64,000 bases of DNA from Syntrophorhabdaceae bacterium (GTDB taxonomy: Bacteria; Desulfobacterota; Syntrophorhabdia; Syntrophorhabdales; Syntrophorhabdaceae), in the NCBI GenBank assembly GCA_963665295.1, contig OY762209.1, forward strand, positions 1,952,001 to 2,016,000, in the 5' to 3' direction. Position numbers and translations under genes: made by a program. The notes below the pieces were generated by a model. It saw only the letters and a list, made by a program, of their open reading frames with translations. It was not told where the DNA came from and made no database searches. Below, piece after piece: positions 10,411 to 18,642 of the stretch; the first letter of the stretch is position 1, and every line of letters starts with the position of its first letter.

Positions 10411-10451
10411 AAAATAAAAAGAGCCATGGGTTATGCACCCACGGCCTCTTT
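10411..10451 (-). terminator. Intrinsic terminator 1 (attenuator) of the aro leader
   Basis: Minus strand AAAGAGGCCGTGGG-TGCATAA-CCCATGGCTCTTT followed by TTATTTT. Confidence 0.85.
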
Positions 10452-10461
10452 GCCTGCCTTG

Positions 10462-10557
10462 CTAAGCCTTAAAGCCCCAAGGGTGCACACCTTTCCCGTA
10501 CCAGTACCAAAAATAATAGTACTCACAACCGGAAACGGCGCCCATCCTAGTGCTCAT
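10462..10557 (-). CDS. Aromatic amino acid attenuator leader peptide, 31 aa
   Basis: MSTRMGAVSGCEYYYFWYWYGKGVHPWGFKA*: eight consecutive Tyr/Phe/Trp codons, upstream of the aro operon and followed by terminators. Confidence 0.9.
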   Translation of the reverse strand: MSTRMGAVSGCEYYYFWYWYGKGVHPWGFKA

Positions 10558-10563
10558 AAACAA

Positions 10564-10593
10564 TATATAACACTATTCCGGAGGGGTTGTCAA
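10564..10593 (-). promoter_or_regulatory. Sigma70-type promoter of the aro leader/operon
   Basis: TTGACA-N18-TATATA with TGn extension; the leader ATG starts after a 6-nt gap. Confidence 0.7.
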
Positions 10594-10907
10594 GGAAAAA
10601 TGGTCTGAAAAGCGGGACGAATGTCCGGGGGCCTCCGTGAAGTCCTTTCGGGCCCCTGTCTCCCGGGTCGGGCAGCGGGTTGACTCTCAGAGGGGTGGAG
10701 CATCAGGGATGCTTGCGCTGTTTCCGCAGATGGGCGGTGTTGCGGCACGCGCCGTGCAAAGCCACCCGTTCCCTGACGTTAACCCCCCCGCGGATGGCGT
10801 CCCGTTCCTCCGGTCTGCCCTGAAGCCGCGGGTCCGCAAGGGGACGAAGCGTGTCTCCGTGGTTCCCCCTCTGCGAGGTCGTGAAGCGATACTTCTAAAA
10901 CGAGGCC

Positions 10908-11492
10908 TTATGCCTTTTCCGAGAACTGTACCATGGCACGGGCCGCCCTTTTCAAAGAATCGGTTATGTCGATATAGAGATAGGATGCCTTCGGCACGCA
11001 GACCCCCATTATCAACCGGTTCTGGTGGACCAGTTCGTACTCCTCGGCCAGTCTCTTGATCTCCTCCATGTTCTTGCGGATGTTCTCTTTCAGGTGAGGA
11101 TTCCCGGTGACCAGGTAATCCCTTGCATCCGTCAACTGGGTGTATACGATGATGAGGAGCGAACCTATCTCCTTCAGTGCCTTGTCCGTGAAGGGAATCT
11201 GCGCCTCTGCCTTGATGGCCATCTTCTCCATTACGTTGGTGATGGCCTGGGCCGCGGACTGAAGAGGGATAACCGTGCTCACGTACTTGATTTCCGCCTC
11301 GTTCTTGTCCGTTTTCTTGATGATCGACTCGGAAAATGCGACGCGGGACTTGAGCAGTTCCCTGAATTTGGCGATGCTGTCTTTTAACAGGGCCACGTTG
11401 TCAGTGATAAAGCCCTTTCTCGCATTCTGTAGAATAGGCAGTGCTTCACCAAAAACGTCGGAAAGCATTTTGGTAAGTCGTTCGTCTTCCAT
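10908..11492 (-). CDS. PhoU-like helical domain protein resembling the Na/Pi cotransporter C-terminus
   Basis: H.NRL..G.C...AS..Y.DI...L.R pattern; helical character; GGAGG RBS. Confidence 0.65.
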   Translation of the reverse strand: MEDERLTKMLSDVFGEALPILQNARKGFITDNVALLKDSIAKFRELLKSRVAFSESIIKKTDKNEAEIKYVSTVIPLQSAAQAITNVMEKMAIKAEAQIPFTDKALKEIGSLLIIVYTQLTDARDYLVTGNPHLKENIRKNMEEIKRLAEEYELVHQNRLIMGVCVPKASYLYIDITDSLKRAARAMVQFSEKA

Positions 11493-11527
11493 CTCTCCTC
11501 CTTTAGATCTTGATTGCCCCGCGGGTC

Positions 11528-11597
11528 CATACCCCGAAGCTCGCTTCGAAATAGCCTTAAGGGTTTTGATACCCCACGGCTTGCCGCGGGGTAGTTC
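11528..11597. repeat. Pair of related palindromes (REP-like or IS200/IS605 end-like)
   Basis: ATACCCCGAAGCTCGCTTCG and ATACCCCACGGC-TT-GCCGCGGGGTAGTTC share the ATACCCC start; the second is an 11-bp stem hairpin with one mismatch. Confidence 0.4.
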
Positions 11598-11732
11598 TTT
11601 TCACTCTCTATATTTTATATAGCACAGGAATAAGGGGAAAATCAGCATTCCTTTCTCTAATTCGCCGCAACCTTCCGCAAAATTTCTTTACTTTTTCTTT
11701 CTCCATGTTCACCCGGCCCTGGAGAGGGAATG

Positions 11733-11761
11733 TTGACAACGGTGCGGCCCTTTGTTACCAT
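11733..11761 (+). promoter_or_regulatory. Sigma70-type promoter upstream of the YjgN-family gene
   Basis: TTGACA-N17-TACCAT with TGn. Confidence 0.55.
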
Positions 11762-11810
11762 GAGTCGTGGCCTCAAGAACTCTGTGCGGGACCCCCGGGG
11801 GGAGAGATAA

Positions 11811-12893
11811 ATGACGGATGTTCCGGATGAAAACGCCGGTATCGCCATGGAGCAAAGCGGCATGGAGGGAGCCCCGCGGGCCGTCACCCGCTACGCTTTC
11901 CGTTTCGAGGGCACCGGGAAGGAATATTTTCGCATCTGGATCGTGAATACCTTTCTCACCATCGTGACCCTCGGGATTTACGCGGCCTGGGCAAAGGTGA
12001 GGACCAGACGGTACTTTTATTCGAATACCTTGCTCGCCGGCCACTCCTTTGAGTTTCTCGGCGACCCCCGGGCAATCCTCAAGGGAAATCTGATCATGGC
12101 TGCAGGGGCGGTCCTCTATTATGTCCTCAAGGACCTCCTCCCCGTCTACACTGTGTTCGTGGTAATGGCCTTCTATGCCGGACTGCCCTTCCTCATCTAC
12201 AAATCATTCAGGTTCAATGCGAGAAACACGGCGTACAGGAATATCCGCTTCCACTTCCTCGGTTCCCTGAAAGAAAGCTACAAGGTCTATCTTCTATGGC
12301 CCCTCCTTATCCCGCCCACTTTGGGGCTGATATTCCCTTACTGGTCCTTTCGGAAGAAGAAGTACTTCTTCTGCAACCTCTCCTACGGTACGACGCAGGA
12401 CTCGTTTACCGGGCGGCCGGGGCCTTTTTACCGTGCCTACATGTCGATCTTTGCCCTCGGCGTGGGGGTCATGGTGTTTCTCTCTTTCTTCGTGACCACC
12501 TTCATTCCGGTAGCGGAGGCGAAGATCCTCAGGTTTGCGGCCATTCTCTTTCCTGCGGTCTGGGTGCTCCTTTACCTCTTCCTCCGGCAACACCTTTATG
12601 TGAGACTGAACAATTATTGTCTTGCCTGTTCCGCCTTCGGCGCGGTGACATTTGAAAGCACCCTGTGGAGCGGTGGCCTTATCTGGGTCTACTTTACCAA
12701 CATACTGGCCATAATCTTCTCGGCGGGTCTGCTCGTTCCCTGGGCGAAGGTGAGGCGTACGCGCTACATACTGGAAAACATCACCGTCCTTACCACGGAA
12801 GGGTTGGACGATTTTACCGCGGCCTCCGAAGGCGACGTGGGCGCCCTGGGTGACGCGGCTACGGACTTCTTCGATATCGCCATCGGCCTATGA
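11811..12893 (+). CDS. YjgN/DUF898 family membrane protein
   Basis: FRFEGTGKEYFRIWIVNTFLTIVTLGIYAAWAKVRTRRYFY signature; multiple TM segments. Confidence 0.9.
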   Translation: MTDVPDENAGIAMEQSGMEGAPRAVTRYAFRFEGTGKEYFRIWIVNTFLTIVTLGIYAAWAKVRTRRYFYSNTLLAGHSFEFLGDPRAILKGNLIMAAGAVLYYVLKDLLPVYTVFVVMAFYAGLPFLIYKSFRFNARNTAYRNIRFHFLGSLKESYKVYLLWPLLIPPTLGLIFPYWSFRKKKYFFCNLSYGTTQDSFTGRPGPFYRAYMSIFALGVGVMVFLSFFVTTFIPVAEAKILRFAAILFPAVWVLLYLFLRQHLYVRLNNYCLACSAFGAVTFESTLWSGGLIWVYFTNILAIIFSAGLLVPWAKVRRTRYILENITVLTTEGLDDFTAASEGDVGALGDAATDFFDIAIGL

Positions 12894-13918
12894 TCGAATT
12901 CCGGGCCCTTTATTTCGACGGGAAGAGATCGAAACCTCAACCGGTAACGGTTTCGTGCGACGGAGCGGCCATCGTCATAGGAGACGACGAAGGGTCGGTC
13001 CGCCTCGACATCCCTCTTGCGTCATGCAATGTGGCTCCCCCCCTCGGCAAGACCCGTCGTTCCATCAGGCTGCCTGAAGGAGGCCTTCTGGAAACGGATG
13101 ACATGGAGGCCGTAGACGCCCTGGAACGGCTTACGGGGAGCAACAGGGGCATGAAGGCGGTCCATCGCCTCGAATCACACTGGAAAGCGGTGGCGGTCTG
13201 CGTGGCCGCCCTCGCCCTTTTCCTGTGGGCCTTTACCAGTTACGGAATCCCCCTTATCGCGGAAAGGGTCGCCTTTGCGGTCCCTACGGCATCCATGGAA
13301 CGGGTGAGCCGGGATACCTTCGCTTTCATGGACAAAAGGTTCTTTCTGCCCTCGGAACTTCCGTTGCGGAGGGCGGCCGGGGTCGAAGAGATTTTTCGTG
13401 AAGTCCGGAAGGATATGGGGCCGGAAGACAATTACCGCCTTGTGCTGAGGAAGGGCCGGGGGATAGGAGCAAACGCCTTTGCCCTGCCGTCGGGACTTAT
13501 CGTGGCAAGCGACGAACTGGTCAAGGCCGGGGTGGACGATCGGGGGCTCGCGGCGGTATTCGCCCACGAGATGACCCACGTGAAGGAAAGACACGCGATA
13601 CGGCAGCTTCTGCAGAGCACGGGGGTCTTCTTCCTCATATCTGTAATGACGGGTGATATTGCTTCGGTCTCATCGACGGCCGCATCTCTTCCCACCCTCC
13701 TCGTTCAGACGGGCTACTCACGGGAGTTCGAAAAACGGGCCGACCGGGGAGCGGCGTTCTACTGCGTCCGTAAAGGCTGGGGCGTGGAGCCTTACCGTCT
13801 AATGCTCAAAAGCCTCCATAAAGGCGGGGCCGAGCCGGTTCGGCTACCCTTCCTCTCCACTCACCCGTCCCTGGAGGAGAGGCTGAAGAACCTGGACGAA
13901 TTCGAAAAGAAGCATTGA
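12890..13918 (+). CDS. M48 family metallopeptidase
   Basis: NAFALPSG, HEMTH, YSREFE..AD, STHP; ATGA-coupled to DUF898, its usual partner. Confidence 0.9.
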   Translation: MIEFRALYFDGKRSKPQPVTVSCDGAAIVIGDDEGSVRLDIPLASCNVAPPLGKTRRSIRLPEGGLLETDDMEAVDALERLTGSNRGMKAVHRLESHWKAVAVCVAALALFLWAFTSYGIPLIAERVAFAVPTASMERVSRDTFAFMDKRFFLPSELPLRRAAGVEEIFREVRKDMGPEDNYRLVLRKGRGIGANAFALPSGLIVASDELVKAGVDDRGLAAVFAHEMTHVKERHAIRQLLQSTGVFFLISVMTGDIASVSSTAASLPTLLVQTGYSREFEKRADRGAAFYCVRKGWGVEPYRLMLKSLHKGGAEPVRLPFLSTHPSLEERLKNLDEFEKKH

Positions 13919-13937
13919 CACCGGTCTGTACGGTCTC

Positions 13938-14816
13938 TCAAACCTTTTCGGTCACCCTTGCCTCGAGGGGCAGGTATACCCTGACCGCGGTCCCCCCATC
14001 CTTCCTGTGATCAATCTCCATGAGTCCTTTATGGTCAGCGATAATTACCTGGGTTATGTAAAGGCCGATACCGGCGCCTTCCTCCCGCTCCCTCGCGCTG
14101 AAAGAGGGCTCAGGGCTGTTATGCTTATGCCCCTCTCCTTCATCGATCCCGCGACCCGTATCTCCTATCTCGATTACGGCAAATCCCCGTCCCCCCGGTT
14201 GTTTCTCTCTCTTCGTGGTTACCTGCAGCGTCCCCTTTTCGCCCATGGCCTCTCTTGCGGTGACGCAAAGGTGCAGGAAGACCTGATTGAGTTCCGCCTC
14301 ATTCCCCCTTATGGAGGGCATGTGGACATCAAAGTCCCTTTGCACGGCGATATCCTGAAGGTTCTTTCCGAGAAGAAAGAGGATATCGTTAAGGAGACTG
14401 TTCACGTTCACTTTACCGTGAGGTTTCCTCCTCTCCCGGGGGAGGCTGAGGAGGCGTTTGCCCAGGAGGGCGGCTTCCTTTGCGGAACTCTCAACTATCT
14501 CCGCATACCGGGCAAGCTCGTCCCCCTCCGTGAGGCGTTTCCGCATGAGAGAGGCATATCCGGCGATTTTCGTGAGCAGGCTATTGAAGTCATGTGCCGT
14601 TGCCCCTGCAAATGTGCCGATGCCTTCCCGCTTATCTCCCAAGGTCTCTTTCCTGCCGGGGGTTATACCGGCGGTGATGTCCGCATGAAACGCCGTAAAA
14701 CTCCGTTCTTTGTGTGCCACGCTTCTCCTTTTATTGGCGTAGGTTATGCGACCGTTGCGGTCAATGAGAAATTCGCGGTGAGGGAAATGACTCATCATGA
14801 ATTTGTGAATCTTCAC
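13938..14816 (-). CDS. Degenerate histidine kinase (HisKA + HATPase), possible pseudokinase or pseudogene
   Basis: AHDFNSLL H-box and DTGRGI/GAGIGL present, but the N-box reads HLCVTA and the F-box is disrupted. GTG 14816 has a GGAGG RBS; alternative start 14909. Confidence 0.7.
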   Translation of the reverse strand: MKIHKFMMSHFPHREFLIDRNGRITYANKRRSVAHKERSFTAFHADITAGITPGRKETLGDKREGIGTFAGATAHDFNSLLTKIAGYASLMRKRLTEGDELARYAEIVESSAKEAALLGKRLLSLPRERRKPHGKVNVNSLLNDILFLLGKNLQDIAVQRDFDVHMPSIRGNEAELNQVFLHLCVTAREAMGEKGTLQVTTKREKQPGGRGFAVIEIGDTGRGIDEGEGHKHNSPEPSFSAREREEGAGIGLYITQVIIADHKGLMEIDHRKDGGTAVRVYLPLEARVTEKV

Positions 14817-14905
14817 CGATGCCTCCCTGCTTCTGAGTCGGATCGCCGGGCGCTCACGATTGTTCTGAAGAGGTTGAGTGAGGCGTGGCGTATCTCCGGG
14901 GGATG

Positions 14906-15073
14906 TCACGTTTGCTCTTTGCCGCGCGGACCGGTGGGAGGATTCTTTCGTTGCGTGAGTGAGGGGAGCGGCACGTCATAAATGATTTCATGGCAGCAGA
15001 CCGCGATACGACTGAAACCGAAGACTATGATCTTCACAACTTTGCCGCAGTGAGGACAGTTGACCGTCTCCAT
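14906..15073 (-). CDS. Small Cys-rich, zinc-ribbon-like protein (55 aa)
   Basis: METVNCPHCGKVVKIIVFGFSRIAVCCHEIIYDVPLPSLTQRKNPPTGPRGKEQT*; AGGTGA RBS; below the ORF-track length cutoff. Confidence 0.6.
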   Translation of the reverse strand: METVNCPHCGKVVKIIVFGFSRIAVCCHEIIYDVPLPSLTQRKNPPTGPRGKEQT

Positions 15074-15185
15074 GTATCACCTATTTCCGGAGCGTATATG
15101 CAATTACGTTACATAACTATAGCATGATCCGCATGAGAGTATTGTTCCCGCTTAATGCGCAAATAATACGTAGGTGAAATACAAA

Positions 15186-17261
15186 CTAACCGATAGACAG
15201 GAGATAGGAATAGAGGTTTACCTTTTCGTTGGTGAGTTTCAGTTTCTTCCTGATGTTGTAACGGTGCCGTTCCACAGAGCGGGGGGACACGTGAAGAAGA
15301 TTCGCAATTTCCTTAATCGATTTTCCGTTCCGGATGAGGTTGGCAATCTCTGCCTCCGTGGGGGTGAAGCTCAAGGAAGCAACGGTCTTCATGAACGGGG
15401 AAATGATGTCATTGAGATTTGCTTCGAGGATATCGATGAGGTCGACGTTGGGTTCTCCAGACGTGTTCTTCAGGCGGTCCAGGTAGGGTAATATGAGCTC
15501 CCTCACGTTTAACACCACCTTTTCTCCAAAGGTTTTATTGTCTTGCTCCCTCATGCTGAGAAGCGCCCTCAAGGCGGCATTCGCGTCTTCCAGGTGACGG
15601 GATTTCTCTTCGAGCTCGAAGGTGCGTTGAAAAACCAGTGCTTCCAGATGGTTCTTGTGTTTCTCCAGTTCAACCTGCGCCTGCTTGCGCACCGTGATAT
15701 CGCGGCTTACCCCCAGCATCCCGGTAACCTGCCCTTCCGCATCAGTCAAAAGGGTCGTTACCACCTCGACGGGAACCACTGACCCATCCCGTTTCACCTG
15801 ATCCACCTCGCTCGTGTCTATCCTCGCCGATTCATCGCCCGCGGCAAAAGCGGCCAGCCGTGGGGGCAGGCTTTCGGCGACCAGTCGGTATGATTCGGGG
15901 GTAAGGGTTTCCTCCATTGTTTGACCCATGACCTGCTCCGGTGTGAACCCGCGGAGTTTCTCCACTGAAGGGCTGATATAGTCCAGCCTGCCCGATTCGA
16001 GATCCAGCATCCATATTACGTCCCCCATGTTCTCCGCGAGGAGGCGGTATTTTCTCTCGCTCTCCTTCAGGGCGTCCTCAATCTGTTTACGTTCGGTGAT
16101 ATCATTTACGGTGACCGAGAGGTAGGGGACGTCCTGAATGAAAAGAGACTCCGCGAAAAGTAACCCGTGACAAATCTCTCCGCACCTTGTCCTGAAACTC
16201 ACCTCATAATTTGCGACCCTCCCCTTCCTTCTCACCTCTTCGAGCATCCGGGTGCGTTGTGAAGGGTCGGGAAGGAGCTGCAGTTCCACCGACGTCCTTC
16301 CGATCAATTCCTCTCTTCTGTAGCCGAGAGTCGCGAGAAGCGTTTCATTCACGTCAACGATCCGGCCTTCATCGAAGGTGGAAATGGCCATCAGGGCCGC
16401 GCTCGCGTGGAAGGTTTTGAAGAACTTCTCCTCCGAGAGCTTAAGCTTGGAGATATCCTTACTCACCCCGAAAATTACGTCCTGGCCGTTCCATTTTCCT
16501 TTCACCGCTCTCGTTTCAACGGGGATGTGCCTTCCGTCTTTTGTAACCAACGCAAGGGGACACTGAGTCGCGCGTCCCTCCAGGATGGTCTTGAAGACCT
16601 CTCTCGCCTCCATGCGTCTCTCAACGGGATGGAGCATCAAAAGGCTGTTTCCTGCCAGCTCTTCTCTCGTATAGCCAAGCCGCTCCGCGGCCGTATCGTT
16701 TGTGGTGATGATATTTCCGCCCATATCCACGACAAAAAGGAGATCGGTGATGGTATTGAAGAAGGCGGACAAATTGGTCTCACTCTGCCGGAGGGCCTCT
16801 TCAGCCAGCTTATGCCCGGTGATGTCCCGGACGATGATGGTCGTTTTCGTGAGGCCGTCCCTATCCGTAAAGAATGCGGTAGACACCTCCCCGGGAAAGA
16901 CGGTCCCATCCTTCCGTCTTAAATTGAGCTCGCCCTTGAATTTGCCGGTACGCTCCCTTTCGGCGATCGCAAGGGGGAGCCTCGGGTCGGATGCGTCCAT
17001 GACCCCATCCCTTCCCATGTGAACCAGTTCCTCCCGGGTGATGCCAAAGATCCTGCAGGCTTCGTCGTTGGCCGCGTAAACGCCGCCGTCGGGCGATCCG
17101 AGGATAATCGCCTCGGTGCTGTTCTCGAATATTGCCCGGTAGCGCTCTTCGCTTTCTCTCAGGGCGTTTTCCATATTCTTGCGCCCCGTGAGACCGCGGG
17201 CATAGGCTGAGTGCGGTTTGTCTTGACGATCTGATCCGGATTTGTGTCTGGGCACAGGCAC
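15186..17261 (-). CDS. Multi-PAS sensor with LuxR-type HTH (one-component regulator)
   Basis: Four PAS/PAC-like repeats (ending RDIT, KDIS, NDIT, RDIT) and C-terminal FTPTEAEIANLIRNGKSIKEIANLLHVSPRSVERHRYNIRKKL. Start uncertain. Confidence 0.9.
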   Translation of the reverse strand: MPVPRHKSGSDRQDKPHSAYARGLTGRKNMENALRESEERYRAIFENSTEAIILGSPDGGVYAANDEACRIFGITREELVHMGRDGVMDASDPRLPLAIAERERTGKFKGELNLRRKDGTVFPGEVSTAFFTDRDGLTKTTIIVRDITGHKLAEEALRQSETNLSAFFNTITDLLFVVDMGGNIITTNDTAAERLGYTREELAGNSLLMLHPVERRMEAREVFKTILEGRATQCPLALVTKDGRHIPVETRAVKGKWNGQDVIFGVSKDISKLKLSEEKFFKTFHASAALMAISTFDEGRIVDVNETLLATLGYRREELIGRTSVELQLLPDPSQRTRMLEEVRRKGRVANYEVSFRTRCGEICHGLLFAESLFIQDVPYLSVTVNDITERKQIEDALKESERKYRLLAENMGDVIWMLDLESGRLDYISPSVEKLRGFTPEQVMGQTMEETLTPESYRLVAESLPPRLAAFAAGDESARIDTSEVDQVKRDGSVVPVEVVTTLLTDAEGQVTGMLGVSRDITVRKQAQVELEKHKNHLEALVFQRTFELEEKSRHLEDANAALRALLSMREQDNKTFGEKVVLNVRELILPYLDRLKNTSGEPNVDLIDILEANLNDIISPFMKTVASLSFTPTEAEIANLIRNGKSIKEIANLLHVSPRSVERHRYNIRKKLKLTNEKVNLYSYLLSIG

Positions 17262-17504
17262 CTCCTGCCGGGCACCGGGATGAGTATTTTGAATATCAAC
17301 AATCTAGCATAGATATCCTGCTCTTATCAACGGCGGGGAAGGGAAGGGCGCTCCCGGAGCGTGCCTCAGCCTGCCCGGACCCCCTCCATGCGCCCCATCG
17401 GTGGGGGGGGCTGCTTTTCGGACCGGCAGATTTCATCGCTCCGGCTATCTGTCCGGGACGGTCTCAGGAACCGAGGGGGAACCGTCACTTCCCGGAACCT
17501 GCTA

Positions 17505-18639
17505 GTGTACTGGCTCACTAATAGCTTTACAATTACCCTTGGCTATGCTATCATAGTGCATGTGGAATCCAGCCAGTACGCTAGACATGACGGAAGAGCA
17601 GAGAAAGACATTGGAAACATGGGTCAAAGCAAAGAAGACTCCCCAAAGGGTGGTTCTACGCTCCCGCATCTGCCTGCTCGCGGCAGAAGGGATGTCCCAT
17701 AACGCCATAGCGAAGAGGCTCAATACCTCCCGCCCTACGGTGATATTGTGGGTAGGCCGCTTCAGAGAACAGGGCCCCTCCGGTTTGTCGGAGGACGCAC
17801 CCCATGGGCCGAGTTCAAGGCGCCTTAACCCGGAGATAGTGCGCACCATCGTGGAAGCCACGCTCCATACAACTCCCAAAGATGCTACTCAGTGGTCCAC
17901 CCGCACCATGGCAAAGGAGAAGGGCGTGAGCCATGCCACCGTGCAGCGCATCTGGGATGCCCATGGACTACAGCCCCATCGGGTAGAAACTTTCAAGCTG
18001 TCCAGAGACAAGAAGTTCGTGGAGAAACTGACCGATGTGGTGGGCGTCTATCTCAATCCTCCCGACAAAGCGGTGGTACTCTGTGTGGATGAGAAAAGCC
18101 AGGTGCAGGCCCTGGACCGGACCCAGCCGGGATTACCGATGAAGAAGGGGCGCTGCGGCACGATGACCCACGACTACAAAAGGAACGGCACTACCTGTCT
18201 TTTTGCCGCCCTCAATGTTCTGGAAGGAAAAGTCATAGGCTCCTGCTATCCCCGCCACAGAAATACCGAATTTCTTAAGTTCCTGCGTACCATAGACCGT
18301 CAGGTGCCAAAGGGCCTCGATGTCCATATGATTCTCGACAACTACGGAACTCATACCCACCCCAATGTGAAAGCATGGCTCGAAAAACACCCCCGTTTCG
18401 TTCCCCACTTTACACCCACAAGCTCGTCGTGGCTTAACCTGGTGGAGCGCTGGTTCGGGGAGATCACACGAAAGAGAATTCGTCGCGGCATCTTCAAAAG
18501 CGTTCAGGAACTGGTGACCGCCATCGAAGAATATATTCGCTGCAACAACGAAGACCCCAAACCCTTCGTATGGACCAGGAAGGCCGAGGAGATACTTGAA
18601 AAAGTGAATCGCTGTAAAGGCGTTACTGAGACACTACAC
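17505..18639 (+). mobile_element. IS630 family insertion sequence (intact)
   Basis: Terminal IRs GTGTACTGGCTCACTAATAGCTTTACA / GTGTAGTGTCTCAGTAACGCCTTTACA (21/27); TA duplicated within CTAG at both ends. Confidence 0.92.
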
Positions 18640-18642
18640 TAG
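17560..18642 (+). CDS. IS630 family transposase
   Basis: HTH region, WSTRTMA, and DDE motifs [11 protein letters not shown] / ILDNYGTH / [11 protein letters not shown]. Confidence 0.95.
   Translation: MWNPASTLDMTEEQRKTLETWVKAKKTPQRVVLRSRICLLAAEGMSHNAIAKRLNTSRPTVILWVGRFREQGPSGLSEDAPHGPSSRRLNPEIVRTIVEATLHTTPKDATQWSTRTMAKEKGVSHATVQRIWDAHGLQPHRVETFKLSRDKKFVEKLTDVVGVYLNPPDKAVVLCVDEKSQVQALDRTQPGLPMKKGRCGTMTHDYKRNGTTCLFAALNVLEGKVIGSCYPRHRNTEFLKFLRTIDRQVPKGLDVHMILDNYGTHTHPNVKAWLEKHPRFVPHFTPTSSSWLNLVERWFGEITRKRIRRGIFKSVQELVTAIEEYIRCNNEDPKPFVWTRKAEEILEKVNRCKGVTETLH

Noticed and set aside
10340..10560. T-box riboswitch for the aro operon
   Set aside because: No T-box UGGNACC antiterminator bulge with stem I motifs; the leader-peptide model explains the region.
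10620..10900. ORF 10637-11059 or an ncRNA in GC-rich intergenic DNA
   Set aside because: The ORF overlaps a real gene antisense and lacks motifs; no RNA family recognised by eye. An Rfam scan would settle it.
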